Assembly: GCA_965279165.1 (NCBI GenBank)
Contig: OZ257140.1
Coordinates: 2,936,167-3,000,166 of the forward strand
Length of the DNA: 64,000 nt
Origin: Bacteroidia bacterium
Lineage (GTDB): Bacteria; Bacteroidota; Bacteroidia; UKL13-3
Reading direction: 5' to 3'
Both the position numbers and the translations under genes were made by a program. Positions within the stretch are counted from its first letter, which is position 1; each line of letters begins with the position of its first letter. The notes under the pieces were generated by a model. It did no database searches. It was given only the letters and a program-made list of their open reading frames with translations, and was not told where the DNA came from. Shown here piece by piece: positions 39,943 to 50,980 of this stretch.

Positions 39943-42102
39943 TTACTTTTCAAAAGTGACAATACCTGTTCCCGTATCATAGAATGCAGCAACTATTTTT
40001 AGGTCATTATTTTTTATTCTGGTATGCAGGTATTCACTACCGGATAATATATCTTGGATGGAGTTTGTTGCGTTTAACTTGATTACCTTATCAAAAATAT
40101 GTTTGTCGGAAGTGATTCCTGACCTGTCGGCATTACAAGCAGAAATTGCTCTTTCAATTTTGTCGGCAACCGATGTAATTAATTCGCCGTGATCTTTGTG
40201 GTTGATGGTGTAAGCAACCGCCCCACAGTTTGAATGACCCAGAACTACAATTAATTTTGTGCCTAATTCTTTGCAGGATAATTCGATGCTTTCAATAATT
40301 TCTTTGTTGATGATATTGCCGGCAATACGAATAGAAACAACATCTCCTAAACCAACATCAAAAATTAATTCAGGACTGGTTCGCGAATCGATACAACTAA
40401 CCACAGCCGCGATTGGACTTTGGTTATAGGTTGTTTCATGCATTTGTAGTTTGAAGTATTTCTCAGTTGATTTACCATGCACAAATCTATCGTTACCTGC
40501 TTGAAGAAATCCGATAATTTCGTTTGGTGTAAGTTTTTGTTGCGTTTCTTTATTTAAGGCATTCGAAAATTGAATTTGATTGTCGAGATCATAATGGTCT
40601 TTTACTCCAATAATATTCAATTGGATATTTTTTTCGAAAGCAACTGTATTCTTAAAATCCTTCAAAAGTTCCAGCACATCATCGTCAATAAAGTCGGAAT
40701 AGGTAGCATCAATAATTACTTTAGAATCTTCGGGTATATTCCATAACGTTTCTTTTATTTTGTCTTTGCTAAAAAAAGAAACCTGGCTTGAAAGCTCAAT
40801 TCGAATTGTATCTCCAATACTTAGCTTTTCAATATCAACCGTAAATGGATTTTTGAAATTGCTTTTCAAGAGATAGAAGATACTGACTACAGATCCAATT
40901 ACTATTCCGATAAGCAAATCTGTAAACACAATACCAACAACAGTTGCAATAAACGGTATAAACTGATTTGCTCCTTTTTTGTACATTTCAACAAAAAGTT
41001 TCTTTTGCGCAAGTTTGTATCCAGTAAAAATTAAAATAATAGCAAGTGAAGCGAGGGGAATGAAGTTAAGGATCGGACCTAAAAACAATAAACTAACCAA
41101 TAAAAATATACCATGTAAAATGGTTGATACTTTTGTTTGTCCGCCAGCATTAATATTTACAGAGCTTCTTACGATAACCGAAGTAATCGGAATTCCACCC
41201 AAAAACCCGGATGTCATATTTCCGATACCTTGTGCAATTAATTCCTTGTTTGGGGATGCCACCCGTTTATGTGGGTCTATATTTTCTACTGCTTCAAGAT
41301 TTAATAAGGTTTCGAGTGAAGCAATAATGGCAATCGTAATTGCTGTTAACCAGACATTATAATTGGTTATGCTTGTGAAATCAGGTAAAGTTATTAGTGA
41401 ACCCACACTTTCAAACTTTGGGATATTAACGGTATGTGAAGCTTCAATGAATAAACCGGGAATAAAATATTCGAAGAATAAATTGAGCAATGCACCGAGT
41501 ATAACAATAAATAGAGAAGCCGGTAGAAATTTTAATTTGTGAAGAGGTGTTTTTTCCCACGCAACCATAACACCCATTGAAATTAAAGATACAATTAAGG
41601 CTCCCCATTGGAAGTAATTAAGCATAAAAAACAGTTCTGAAAAAGTATTGTGTCCATCCTTTTGGATGAAAGTAAAATCTTCTTCAATATCCTGGTCATA
41701 TCCTACCGCATGTGGAATTTGTTTTAATATTAAAATAATACCAATCGCAGCAAGCAAACCTTTGATAACATTGGAAGGGATATAATTAGCAATAAAACCT
41801 GCTTTTAAAATACCACTAACCAATTGAATGGAACCTGCAATAACAACTGCAAGTAAAAATATTTCAAAGCTGCCAAGGTTGGTGATTGCGGATAACACAA
41901 CTGCTGCTAAACCCGCTGCCGGTCCGCTAACACTGGTATGCGAATCGCTAACGAAACCAACCAATATTCCACCTATAATTCCTGCAATTACGCCTGCTAA
42001 TAAAGGAGCTCCACTTGCAAGGGCCACACCCAAGCATAAAGGCAGGGCAACTAAGAATACTACTAATCCTGCGGGTAAATCGTGTTTGAGTTTTGAAAAC
42101 AT
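39943..42102 (-). CDS. SulP-family anion transporter fused to a C-terminal beta-class carbonic anhydrase
   Basis: The N-terminal ~480 aa are polytopic SulP (GLVVFLVALPLCLGVALASG ...), followed by a STAS-like region. The C-terminal ~200 aa carry beta-CA motifs (SCIDSRTSPE ... GHSNCGAV). Confidence 0.8.
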   Translation of the reverse strand: MFSKLKHDLPAGLVVFLVALPLCLGVALASGAPLLAGVIAGIIGGILVGFVSDSHTSVSGPAAGLAAVVLSAITNLGSFEIFLLAVVIAGSIQLVSGILKAGFIANYIPSNVIKGLLAAIGIILILKQIPHAVGYDQDIEEDFTFIQKDGHNTFSELFFMLNYFQWGALIVSLISMGVMVAWEKTPLHKLKFLPASLFIVILGALLNLFFEYFIPGLFIEASHTVNIPKFESVGSLITLPDFTSITNYNVWLTAITIAIIASLETLLNLEAVENIDPHKRVASPNKELIAQGIGNMTSGFLGGIPITSVIVRSSVNINAGGQTKVSTILHGIFLLVSLLFLGPILNFIPLASLAIILIFTGYKLAQKKLFVEMYKKGANQFIPFIATVVGIVFTDLLIGIVIGSVVSIFYLLKSNFKNPFTVDIEKLSIGDTIRIELSSQVSFFSKDKIKETLWNIPEDSKVIIDATYSDFIDDDVLELLKDFKNTVAFEKNIQLNIIGVKDHYDLDNQIQFSNALNKETQQKLTPNEIIGFLQAGNDRFVHGKSTEKYFKLQMHETTYNQSPIAAVVSCIDSRTSPELIFDVGLGDVVSIRIAGNIINKEIIESIELSCKELGTKLIVVLGHSNCGAVAYTINHKDHGELITSVADKIERAISACNADRSGITSDKHIFDKVIKLNATNSIQDILSGSEYLHTRIKNNDLKIVAAFYDTGTGIVTFEK

Positions 42103-42167
42103 AGTTGCAATTTATTCAATAAAGATAAAGTTATGAAATGTGGAAGTTGATTTTAGTTTTTTTACCG

Positions 42168-43430
42168 CTAATGCTGCCGAGAAATAAATTTCCTGGCACC
42201 AACTAGTTCATCAAACTTAAATTGTATATTTTTATGGTAGATAAGTATCAAGTATTCATTTTCGGTATTGGCATGACATCCTTCCAGGGTAACTTCATCT
42301 GGGGCACCATCTTCGTTTTTAATGGCATAAATATATTCGTATCTGCCTTGTTTCAACAGTACATTACAATCATAGCGACCTCTGTTTTTATTGTAGTACA
42401 TCTTGAATTCCGGTAATAATTTCCAATCTGTCAATTCACCATAAACATAAACATCTCCGGCTTCAATCGGCATCATACTCATCAGATAAAAATTAACATC
42501 TGCATAATCCCCATCGACCACCGGATTTATGCCGTCCTTGTTATCTATTATCCTCCTTCCATTGTTATCAAGATATTGAAAATATTGCTTACTCCCTCTT
42601 TCTTCATCGTAGTTTAAGTAAACATGATAGATACTGTCGCGGGTTTTGGTACGAACATTTACACTTAATTGTCGCAAACTACGAAAATCAAAGAACCTGA
42701 ATTCGTTTCCTCCCGGGTATAATCCATCTTCATAGGAATTATATTCCAGAATATTGTCGTGTATAAATTTGGGTTTAAGTTTGGTAAGTGCATTGTCCCA
42801 TCTGCTGTTTTGCATTACCACTGCTGTTACAGCTCCAAATGGATCAATAATTTGATATCCTTTATGATCAACCGAAAAGATTACTTCTTGCTTGCTATAG
42901 CGGTATTGAGCAAGGGTTGAATTTGTAATTTTTGCATCTATCGTAACTGCAGATTTTAAAACCATAAAACGACGGGTTAATACCAGATCTGTTTCGTCAA
43001 AATTGCGGAATACCTTTAACAGATAGTTCCCTGCAATCATTAACTTCATATTGTCGTTTGGTAAAACCAGGTTATAATGAACATATCTCTGATAAGTATT
43101 GGTCGAAAATTTCCAATCATTGATATTGTCTAATGTCATTCCCTGAATATATTCGGTTTGTTGCATTGGAGTTGGGTTCCAGTTAGCGTCGCAATGCACA
43201 ACCGTATATTGAAAATATTCGTTTTTATTTCCAAGCATATCAAATCCAAGTGATAAAAGTTCATCCGATTGTAAATTTATAATAGGATAACGGTCATCAA
43301 TATTCAATTTAGAAAATACAACAGATTTTATTCTCGGATCATAAATAATATTATCATACACCAAATCTTGTTGAGAATAGACGATTTGACTGAAGAAAGT
43401 AAAGACAAGAAAGAGTAAGTATTTATACAT
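42168..43430 (-). CDS. hypothetical secreted protein
   Basis: 420 aa with a signal peptide (MYKYLLFLVFTFFSQIVYSQ). No domain confidently recognised. Confidence 0.55.
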   Translation of the reverse strand: MYKYLLFLVFTFFSQIVYSQQDLVYDNIIYDPRIKSVVFSKLNIDDRYPIINLQSDELLSLGFDMLGNKNEYFQYTVVHCDANWNPTPMQQTEYIQGMTLDNINDWKFSTNTYQRYVHYNLVLPNDNMKLMIAGNYLLKVFRNFDETDLVLTRRFMVLKSAVTIDAKITNSTLAQYRYSKQEVIFSVDHKGYQIIDPFGAVTAVVMQNSRWDNALTKLKPKFIHDNILEYNSYEDGLYPGGNEFRFFDFRSLRQLSVNVRTKTRDSIYHVYLNYDEERGSKQYFQYLDNNGRRIIDNKDGINPVVDGDYADVNFYLMSMMPIEAGDVYVYGELTDWKLLPEFKMYYNKNRGRYDCNVLLKQGRYEYIYAIKNEDGAPDEVTLEGCHANTENEYLILIYHKNIQFKFDELVGARKFISRQH

Positions 43431-43504
43431 GATTTGTAATCGTTAACGCAAAATACGAATTATTATGATAGATGCGAACGACTAACAACAATCAATTGGT
43501 GTGT

Positions 43505-45436
43505 TTATGTTAATCGGGTAAGTTCCTCAAAGATTGTTTCGTATTCTTTTTCTAACTGCGTTAAAGTTAATTTGTTGTGATCATAAATTGATCGCAATGT
43601 TTCCAGTTTCTTAGTATCGGCGGTAATATGGGGGTTTCCGAAATCTGATTCATTTGCGCTTATTTGATTTTTTAATGCAGCAATTTCGGCCTCAATGTCT
43701 TCGAATTTCTTATTTAAATTAGCGATATAATTATTGGAAACTTTTTTGTCCTTGTTTTCTTGTTTTTTTTCTTCTTGCTTAACTATAGACTTTGGCTTCT
43801 CGTTTTTTTTTGAAGGATTATTTTTTGTCTGTTCAGCAAGCAATTGTTGAGAACGCCAATATTCGTATTCGGCATAGGTTCCGGGGTATTCCTTTAGTTC
43901 GTGATTCTCAATCCACCATATTTTATTTGCAACACTGCTAACAAAATGGCGATCGTGGCTAACTACTAAAAAGGAACCTTCATATTGTTGCAGGGATTGA
44001 ATCAGAATATTGATGGAACGCATATCCAAGTGGTTGGTAGGTTCATCCAGAAGCAGAAAATTAGCTTCTTCTAGTAAAGTTTTAGCCAAGGCTACCCTTG
44101 CTTTTTCGCCACCTGAAAGTACTTTTATCTTTTTGAATACCTCATCGCCCGCAAACAAAAAACAGCCCAATAAAGTTCTTAATTCATTATCGGTGCGCAT
44201 TCCGGCATACAAACGTAATTCGTCGAGTATTTCATTTTCGATATTCAACGATTCTAATTGGTGCTGTGCATAAAATGCCTGGTTTACATTATGCCCTTTG
44301 ATAATTTCACCTTCATAGGGTTCAACGCCTGCTATCATTCTTAACAGGGTAGATTTACCTTTACCATTGGCTCCGATTAATGCAATTTTATCTCCTTTTA
44401 ATAAATGACGTTCTGCATTTTTAACAATCTCTACATCCGGAAAAGATTTAGAAGTATGTTTTAAATCGGCTATAACCTTACCGGATTGTCTCGCAATTCT
44501 GAATTGAATATTTATTTCTCTGTTATCATCTTCGGGAGCTTCAATGCGATCTAATTTATCCAGCATTTTTACCCGACTCTGCGCCGCAGTTGCTTTGGAT
44601 GCCTTTGCTTTAAATCGGTTAATGAATTGTTCCTGTTGTTTAATAAATTGTTGTTGGTTGTCGAATTGACGTTGGTGCATCTCTGATCGCTCCGCCTTTT
44701 GAATCAAATAATTTGAATACGTACCGGGATATTCGGTTAGTTTCGACATGGCAACTTCTACAATTTTAGTTACCATTTTATCCAAAAACTGCCTGTCGTG
44801 GGAAACAACAATTACAGTTCCATCATAAGTTCTTAAATAGTCTTCGAGCCACTCTATGGTAGGTAGATCCAAGTGATTTGTTGGCTCATCCAGCATTAAT
44901 AAATTTGGATTTTGCAATAACATTTTTGCCAACAAAACCCGCATGCGCCATCCGCCGGAGAATTTTTTATATGGCTGTGTTAATTGTTCCGTGGTAAATC
45001 CTAATCCCTCTAATACTTTTTCTGTTTTATGGTGCAAATTGTAGCCATCCAATTGCTCAAATTCATGCTGTTTATCGCTAAGAAGATTGATGATAGCATC
45101 TGAATGGTCTGTTTCCATCTTGTGCAAAATCACTTCGATTTCTTTTTCTAATTCTAACGCTCTTTCAAATGCACCAAGGGCTACATTGAGAATACTATCT
45201 TCAGTTTCAAAGGAAAGTTGATCCTGATTTAAGAATCCAATGGTTAAACCTCTTGGTTTGGAAATACTGCCCGCACTTACTTGGTACTCTCCATTTATAA
45301 CCCTTAATAGGGTTGATTTTCCGGTACCGTTCATGCCTATTAAACCGATTCGTTCGCCCGGTTTAATATGCCAATTGGCGTTATCATAAAGGTATCTGCC
45401 TCCAAATTCAAAAGAAATATTATTTATGGATATCAT
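43505..45436 (-). CDS. ABC-F family ATPase (tandem ABC domains, no TM domain)
   Basis: There are two Walker A motifs (GMNGTGKST; GANGKGKST) and two ABC signatures (LSGGWRMR; LSGGEKAR), with a linker and C-terminal coiled-coil typical of Uup/EttA-like ABC-F proteins. The start is placed at Met8 (MISINNISFEFGG). Confidence 0.85.
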   Translation of the reverse strand: MISINNISFEFGGRYLYDNANWHIKPGERIGLIGMNGTGKSTLLRVINGEYQVSAGSISKPRGLTIGFLNQDQLSFETEDSILNVALGAFERALELEKEIEVILHKMETDHSDAIINLLSDKQHEFEQLDGYNLHHKTEKVLEGLGFTTEQLTQPYKKFSGGWRMRVLLAKMLLQNPNLLMLDEPTNHLDLPTIEWLEDYLRTYDGTVIVVSHDRQFLDKMVTKIVEVAMSKLTEYPGTYSNYLIQKAERSEMHQRQFDNQQQFIKQQEQFINRFKAKASKATAAQSRVKMLDKLDRIEAPEDDNREINIQFRIARQSGKVIADLKHTSKSFPDVEIVKNAERHLLKGDKIALIGANGKGKSTLLRMIAGVEPYEGEIIKGHNVNQAFYAQHQLESLNIENEILDELRLYAGMRTDNELRTLLGCFLFAGDEVFKKIKVLSGGEKARVALAKTLLEEANFLLLDEPTNHLDMRSINILIQSLQQYEGSFLVVSHDRHFVSSVANKIWWIENHELKEYPGTYAEYEYWRSQQLLAEQTKNNPSKKNEKPKSIVKQEEKKQENKDKKVSNNYIANLNKKFEDIEAEIAALKNQISANESDFGNPHITADTKKLETLRSIYDHNKLTLTQLEKEYETIFEELTRLT

Positions 45437-45840
45437 ATTAGGGCCGCAAAGATACAATACCTTTGGGATAGTACAAAGTAACGAGTAACATCCTAATCAA
45501 ACTTGATTTTAATATATGGAATGGCACCATATATGCAACTTTTTATGGAAAGGGTTATGTTTTTTTTTTATCATTTAATTTATTATATGATTACTGACTG
45601 TTTTATCTCAAAAGTCTCTTCCCGACTCGATTTTAGTGGTTCGAAAGCGTATAAATTAATATAAAATTACGTTAATAATATGGAGGTTTTGGAGCTTTTG
45701 ATTTTGTTTTTTTTCTTCAAATAGTCCATTTTACTGGCATTTGCGGTTTTTTGCAGTTTTTTCACACAATTCTTAAGCAAATTTTAGGTTTACTGTTTTT
45801 AAATTAGGTTGTATCTTTCCACTGTAAAAACGAGAAAATC

Positions 45841-48800
45841 ATGACTAAAATGATTACAACAATTGGCAGATTTATAGTGGTGCTCTTAATGTGCCTGTCT
45901 TTTCAAAATTTATATGCTACCCATATGGTTGGTAGTGATATCACGTATAAATGTTTGGATGCAAATGGAAACTATAAAGTTACCCTTGTTTATTACCGCG
46001 ATTGTTCGGGAGTTCCAACCTGCGGAGGAAATTGCAGTGCAATTGCATCTTGTACCAAAAATGTTTCGGTTCGTGGAGCCGACCCATCTTGTAATGGTAC
46101 GTTGTTTTTGAACTTTACAGTAACAGGTGTAAGTGTTCGTGATGTTAACCCAAATCCACGTTGTGCAAATGCAAAAATGATTTGCGATAATATGGGATGT
46201 GTTTCACCGGGAAGTTTAACTCCCGGGATTGAACGATACGAATTTCAAGGTATCGTAAATATTGGTCCTTCATCTGGTATTCCTGCCACATGTTGTAATG
46301 TTGTGTTTTCATTTGAGGAATGTTGTCGTAATGGAGCCATTCAAAATATTTCGCCACAAAATTTTTATACCGAAGCAACGGTAAACCGTTGTGCGGCTAC
46401 TTATCCGGATTGTAACTCTCCGGATTTAACCAACGACCCTTATGCTGTTTTATGTGCAGGTCAAGGATTTATTTTTAACAATGGTGCTTTTGATCCGGAT
46501 TTGGATTCGTTGGTATATTCATTTACTGCTTCTTTATACGGTTACGGCGTTTCGGCAACTTATATTGCTCCATACTCGTATGATATACCAATGCCATACA
46601 AACCACCGTTGAGTGGAAATTATCCATTTGGTATCAAAGTAGACGCATTAACCGGAGATATTATGTTTACCCCAAATGCATTTCCTTTTACCGGATGTTT
46701 GGCATTACGCATGGAACAGTGGAGATTAATCAATGGGGTATATGTGGTCGTCGGGGTTACACGAAGGGATTTGCAGATGTATATCAAATACTGCGACCCG
46801 AATACGCCACCTACACTTCGAACCGATCCACCCGGGATTCCGCCGCTCAAACCCAAAACAAAATATGAGGTCTGCGCGGGGGATCAGGTATGCTTTGATG
46901 TGATTGCAAAAGATACCGATTTTAATCCACCAACCATTTCGGATACTACTTTCCTTTCGTGGAATAAAGTAATGGAAAACTTCGGTGCTACTTTTATTCC
47001 AAATTATAATCCTGCTGCCCGTAAGGTATTAGGACCGAGAGAAGATACCTACAAAGTTTGCTGGACACCGCAAGATATCCATTGCAAACGCGGACAACCA
47101 ACAACCTATCCGTTTACCATTAAGGCAGTGGATAGCCGCTGTCCGTATCCCGGAATTATCACCCAGGCATTTTCGATACGAGTCTTGCCACGGGCAGATG
47201 TTTCGGTTGATAAAGTGGATAACCAATGTGGCCGATGGGTGGTCAGGTACTTGAAGAATCCTGCCCTTGTGCCGGCTCAAACTTTCCAGTCTACCACCAT
47301 TATGATTGCCAAAAATCCGGAGGATTATTCCTTTATGGGTGGCGCGTATACCTACGCCAATGTGCAATCAAGTCCTGTTTTGTATTTCCCTAAAGGAGGA
47401 AAATACCTCATTGAGGTAACCATTAATATGCTTGGTCCATCCACCGGAGGATTTTGCTCTCGCACTTACCGCGATACGTTGTATGTAATCACACCGGTTA
47501 CTTCCATTATACGCGATACGTTTACTTGTAAAAATGTTAGCATGACCATCAGTGCATCGGGCCAATTCGGAAGTGCACCGTATACCTACCGTTGGTACAA
47601 CAATATAAAAGATACCCTAACCCCATTAAATGGTCCGGTTTATACCAGTGCCAATTACAATGTATCACCAACATCAACCCGCCATTATACTTTGCAGATA
47701 AGGGATATCAACGGATGCCGGAGCTGGGATTCGATAGCCGTGCAGGTAAAACAATTGCCGGTAGGATTGCTTGCCGATTCGGCTCGTATCTGTTTTGGCG
47801 ATACTTTCCTGCTGGATCCCGGAAATAATAACGGCAATATCCGCAGTTATTTATGGAATACAGGAGATACCACAGCCACCATTGCTCGAAAAGATTCCAA
47901 TACATTTACGGTAATCATGACCGATACATTTGGCTGCGTTAATCCGGATAGTTTAAAATTATTTGTAAATGCAAAAATTAATGCCCGTGCGGGATTGGAT
48001 ACCTTCATTTGTCAGAAAGATACAACCTTGCTGATGGGCGAAGGCGGCAGCCAGTATATGTGGAAGAACCTTGCCAACGGACAAACCATATCGGCAAAAA
48101 GTTATATTCCATTTGTAAAGGTAAATCCAACCAATACGGCAGCAGCTACCAAATACCAGGTAACGGTTTACCAGAGTTACCCCGATACCACCAATAAAAA
48201 TTTGGAATGTAGTGCCGTGGATACGGTAGCCATATCGGTACGTCCATTGCCAACCTTAAGCAAACCATCCACCCCAACCATTGCTTGTTATGGAAGTTTG
48301 GTTGCAAACTTATATCCGTTTAATACTCCTGTACCGGGCCAACAAGGTGGAACAGGTGTGTGGAGTTATCCAAAAGCACCGGGTGCAGTAGTGTTCCCAA
48401 ATACCGGACCAAGCATTACTTCACAACCTGCCGTAAAACTGGATAGCTTAAAAAATAAACCAAGCGGGGATAGTTTTAATACACACGATAACTATGTAAA
48501 CTTTACCTATACCGAACCGGTTTATGGATGTAAAAATACCGACTCTGCCATTGTACGTATATATGGCCGTCCACCGGTAGATGCAGGAACAAGATTAACC
48601 GTATGTGAGAACATCACCGGAACGATAGATTTACAGACAACCGCTTATCAGGGGCTTCCACCAAACGGACATAATGTACAACCAAAGTACAACTCGGGTT
48701 TATCGGCACAGTATAACTGGATAGGAAACGGAATTGATTCGGTGATGAGTCCGGTGAAGAAGTTTTACTTTAATCCGAGCAAAGCAGGCGTACTTAAATT

Positions 48801-50661
48801 ACCTGCAGTAAATGTGATTACCTATAAGTATTATCAGAGCTACGGACCATGGACCTATAATTTTGTGCCATATACCACCCAATGTGTAAACAGCGATACT
48901 ACGATATTTGCCGTAACAGCGATACCACAAATTAATGCAGGCAGCGAGATTAGTGTATGCAAGAATGAACCGGTATTTAATATTGCTACCAAAACAGGCG
49001 CAACCATCTCGCCAATTACAGGAGAATCGTATTGGATAGCAAAAAATGCAAACACCACCGGCAAAGGAATAGTAAATGCAGGGGTTGACTTTGATGCATC
49101 ACAACCGGGTGTACCATACTCGGCAAGCAAGGAGATGATTATTTTCAAAGATTCATCCACCGGATGTTTGGTATCGGATACCACCTATTTAACCATTGTT
49201 GGATATCCAAAAGTAGATGTAAGCTTCTCGTTGAATGATAAAAACGATAGTGCACATACGATGTGTTTGTCGACCGGAAATTACGATGTGTATACTTGGA
49301 TTAACGATACCTTAAAGGCAGGATATACCAATAGTGCAGCACCGGAGTATTCGTATTTGGGAACACCGGCATGGCATCCGAAAAACATAGGAACTATAAA
49401 TGATGGTTTACCTAAAGCTGAATTTAACAGCAACGAATCAGGACTAACCGCAGGAACGCATGATTTAATATTTAAATACTCGCAATCCAATGGAGTAATC
49501 ACTTGTTCCAATACCGATGTAGCGAAAATGACCGTAGAACAACCTCCTGTTGTAAACGTAACACCGGGAGGAGCCATTTGTGCTTACGACAATGATATCC
49601 CGGTATCGGTGGATGTTCAACCAACTACGTATACCATTAACTGGAGCACCGCACCGGGAGCAGGAACTTTTGGCAACAATGCAGCTACCAACACTACCTT
49701 TACCCCATCGCAAGCATCAAAAGATGCAGGCACAGTTTGGGTATATGCCACTACTTTGCAAACAGGAACCTGTGTACCACAAACCGATTCAACCACCGTG
49801 CGCATCGACAAAGTTCCGGTGGCAGGATATAACTGTCCGGATTGCGATGGTTGCGAACCATTAACTTCTAACCTGAATGCATTACCAACAGGTGTATCGA
49901 ATGCTAAATTCAATTGGGTATGGATAGATGGATATGGCAACAACAACAGCGATTCGGCCTTTACCAGAACGATACCATTTTATGGAACCGATGGAGAACA
50001 TCCATTTAGTTTAATCGTTGAGAGTGGGGAGTCGACTGCTTGTAGAGATACGATAGAAGGTAAGATGGTAGTGAGAGCAAAACCGCAAGCCGGCTTTACG
50101 TTTGATCCACCGTACACCACGATTGCAAAACCATTCTTTACTTTTACCAATACATCAACCGTAAAAGACAATACCATATTAAGTTATATCTGGGATATGG
50201 GCGATTTACCGGGAGTAGATCCTGCATCGCGCATCATGACCGATCCGAATCCTGCAGGTGTGCCGTTTAAGGAAGACACTACCTTGATTAAACTAAGGGT
50301 AACAAGCGAGTACCAATGTTGGGATACCACATCGCATATCATGAAAGTAGAGCCGGACATTACGGTATTTACACCGAATGCATTTTACCCGAACAGCAGT
50401 GTTCCTTGTCCGGATGGAAATGAAGATTGTAACCGCAGTTTCCAAATTGCAGCAACCGGTTATGCATCGGTAGAGATATTTGTATTTAACCGTTGGGGAC
50501 AACAGGTATATTATTCGAATGTAGCGGAAGAGGGATGGAACGGAAGGATTAACAACAAAGGGGATGAGTGTCCGCAGGATGTATATATTTATCAGGTGAA
50601 TGCAACGAGCTTCAATGGTAAGTTGTATAAATACTCGGGATCGATAACGTTACTACGATAA
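45841..50661 (+). CDS. very large secreted protein with T9SS type B (gliding-motility-associated) C-terminal domain
   Basis: 1606 aa with a signal peptide and a Cys-rich N-terminal ~200 aa. The body is Thr/Asn/Gly-rich and beta-rich. The C-terminus VFTPNAFYPNSS ... NRWGQQVYYSN ... GWNGR ... YIYQVNATSFNGKLYKYSGSITLLR matches the type B CTD pattern. Confidence 0.8.
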   Translation: MTKMITTIGRFIVVLLMCLSFQNLYATHMVGSDITYKCLDANGNYKVTLVYYRDCSGVPTCGGNCSAIASCTKNVSVRGADPSCNGTLFLNFTVTGVSVRDVNPNPRCANAKMICDNMGCVSPGSLTPGIERYEFQGIVNIGPSSGIPATCCNVVFSFEECCRNGAIQNISPQNFYTEATVNRCAATYPDCNSPDLTNDPYAVLCAGQGFIFNNGAFDPDLDSLVYSFTASLYGYGVSATYIAPYSYDIPMPYKPPLSGNYPFGIKVDALTGDIMFTPNAFPFTGCLALRMEQWRLINGVYVVVGVTRRDLQMYIKYCDPNTPPTLRTDPPGIPPLKPKTKYEVCAGDQVCFDVIAKDTDFNPPTISDTTFLSWNKVMENFGATFIPNYNPAARKVLGPREDTYKVCWTPQDIHCKRGQPTTYPFTIKAVDSRCPYPGIITQAFSIRVLPRADVSVDKVDNQCGRWVVRYLKNPALVPAQTFQSTTIMIAKNPEDYSFMGGAYTYANVQSSPVLYFPKGGKYLIEVTINMLGPSTGGFCSRTYRDTLYVITPVTSIIRDTFTCKNVSMTISASGQFGSAPYTYRWYNNIKDTLTPLNGPVYTSANYNVSPTSTRHYTLQIRDINGCRSWDSIAVQVKQLPVGLLADSARICFGDTFLLDPGNNNGNIRSYLWNTGDTTATIARKDSNTFTVIMTDTFGCVNPDSLKLFVNAKINARAGLDTFICQKDTTLLMGEGGSQYMWKNLANGQTISAKSYIPFVKVNPTNTAAATKYQVTVYQSYPDTTNKNLECSAVDTVAISVRPLPTLSKPSTPTIACYGSLVANLYPFNTPVPGQQGGTGVWSYPKAPGAVVFPNTGPSITSQPAVKLDSLKNKPSGDSFNTHDNYVNFTYTEPVYGCKNTDSAIVRIYGRPPVDAGTRLTVCENITGTIDLQTTAYQGLPPNGHNVQPKYNSGLSAQYNWIGNGIDSVMSPVKKFYFNPSKAGVLKLPAVNVITYKYYQSYGPWTYNFVPYTTQCVNSDTTIFAVTAIPQINAGSEISVCKNEPVFNIATKTGATISPITGESYWIAKNANTTGKGIVNAGVDFDASQPGVPYSASKEMIIFKDSSTGCLVSDTTYLTIVGYPKVDVSFSLNDKNDSAHTMCLSTGNYDVYTWINDTLKAGYTNSAAPEYSYLGTPAWHPKNIGTINDGLPKAEFNSNESGLTAGTHDLIFKYSQSNGVITCSNTDVAKMTVEQPPVVNVTPGGAICAYDNDIPVSVDVQPTTYTINWSTAPGAGTFGNNAATNTTFTPSQASKDAGTVWVYATTLQTGTCVPQTDSTTVRIDKVPVAGYNCPDCDGCEPLTSNLNALPTGVSNAKFNWVWIDGYGNNNSDSAFTRTIPFYGTDGEHPFSLIVESGESTACRDTIEGKMVVRAKPQAGFTFDPPYTTIAKPFFTFTNTSTVKDNTILSYIWDMGDLPGVDPASRIMTDPNPAGVPFKEDTTLIKLRVTSEYQCWDTTSHIMKVEPDITVFTPNAFYPNSSVPCPDGNEDCNRSFQIAATGYASVEIFVFNRWGQQVYYSNVAEEGWNGRINNKGDECPQDVYIYQVNATSFNGKLYKYSGSITLLR

Positions 50662-50980
50662 TAGTTATAAGTTATAAGATATAAGAGATAAGAGAGCAAA
50701 GTCTATAAAAGTTTAAGGTTAGGAAAATTTTCTCGAAGCAGGATAACGGGCAGGGGGTGAGCGGCATGTTTGAGCTCCTTTTTATTTGACTTGGATGAAG
50801 TTTTAAAAATATAGCAGCCTCAGGTGGTTACAAATGACTTGAAGCAAGGTGAAAATAAAAAGAGCGAGTAGCGAACACCCGGCCATGTAGTAATGCGAAG
50901 AAAATAATAATTTGAAATACGTGAGCTAGCCGCATTTACTACATGGGGCCCGCATAAAAAAATAAAGAGAAAATTATTGT

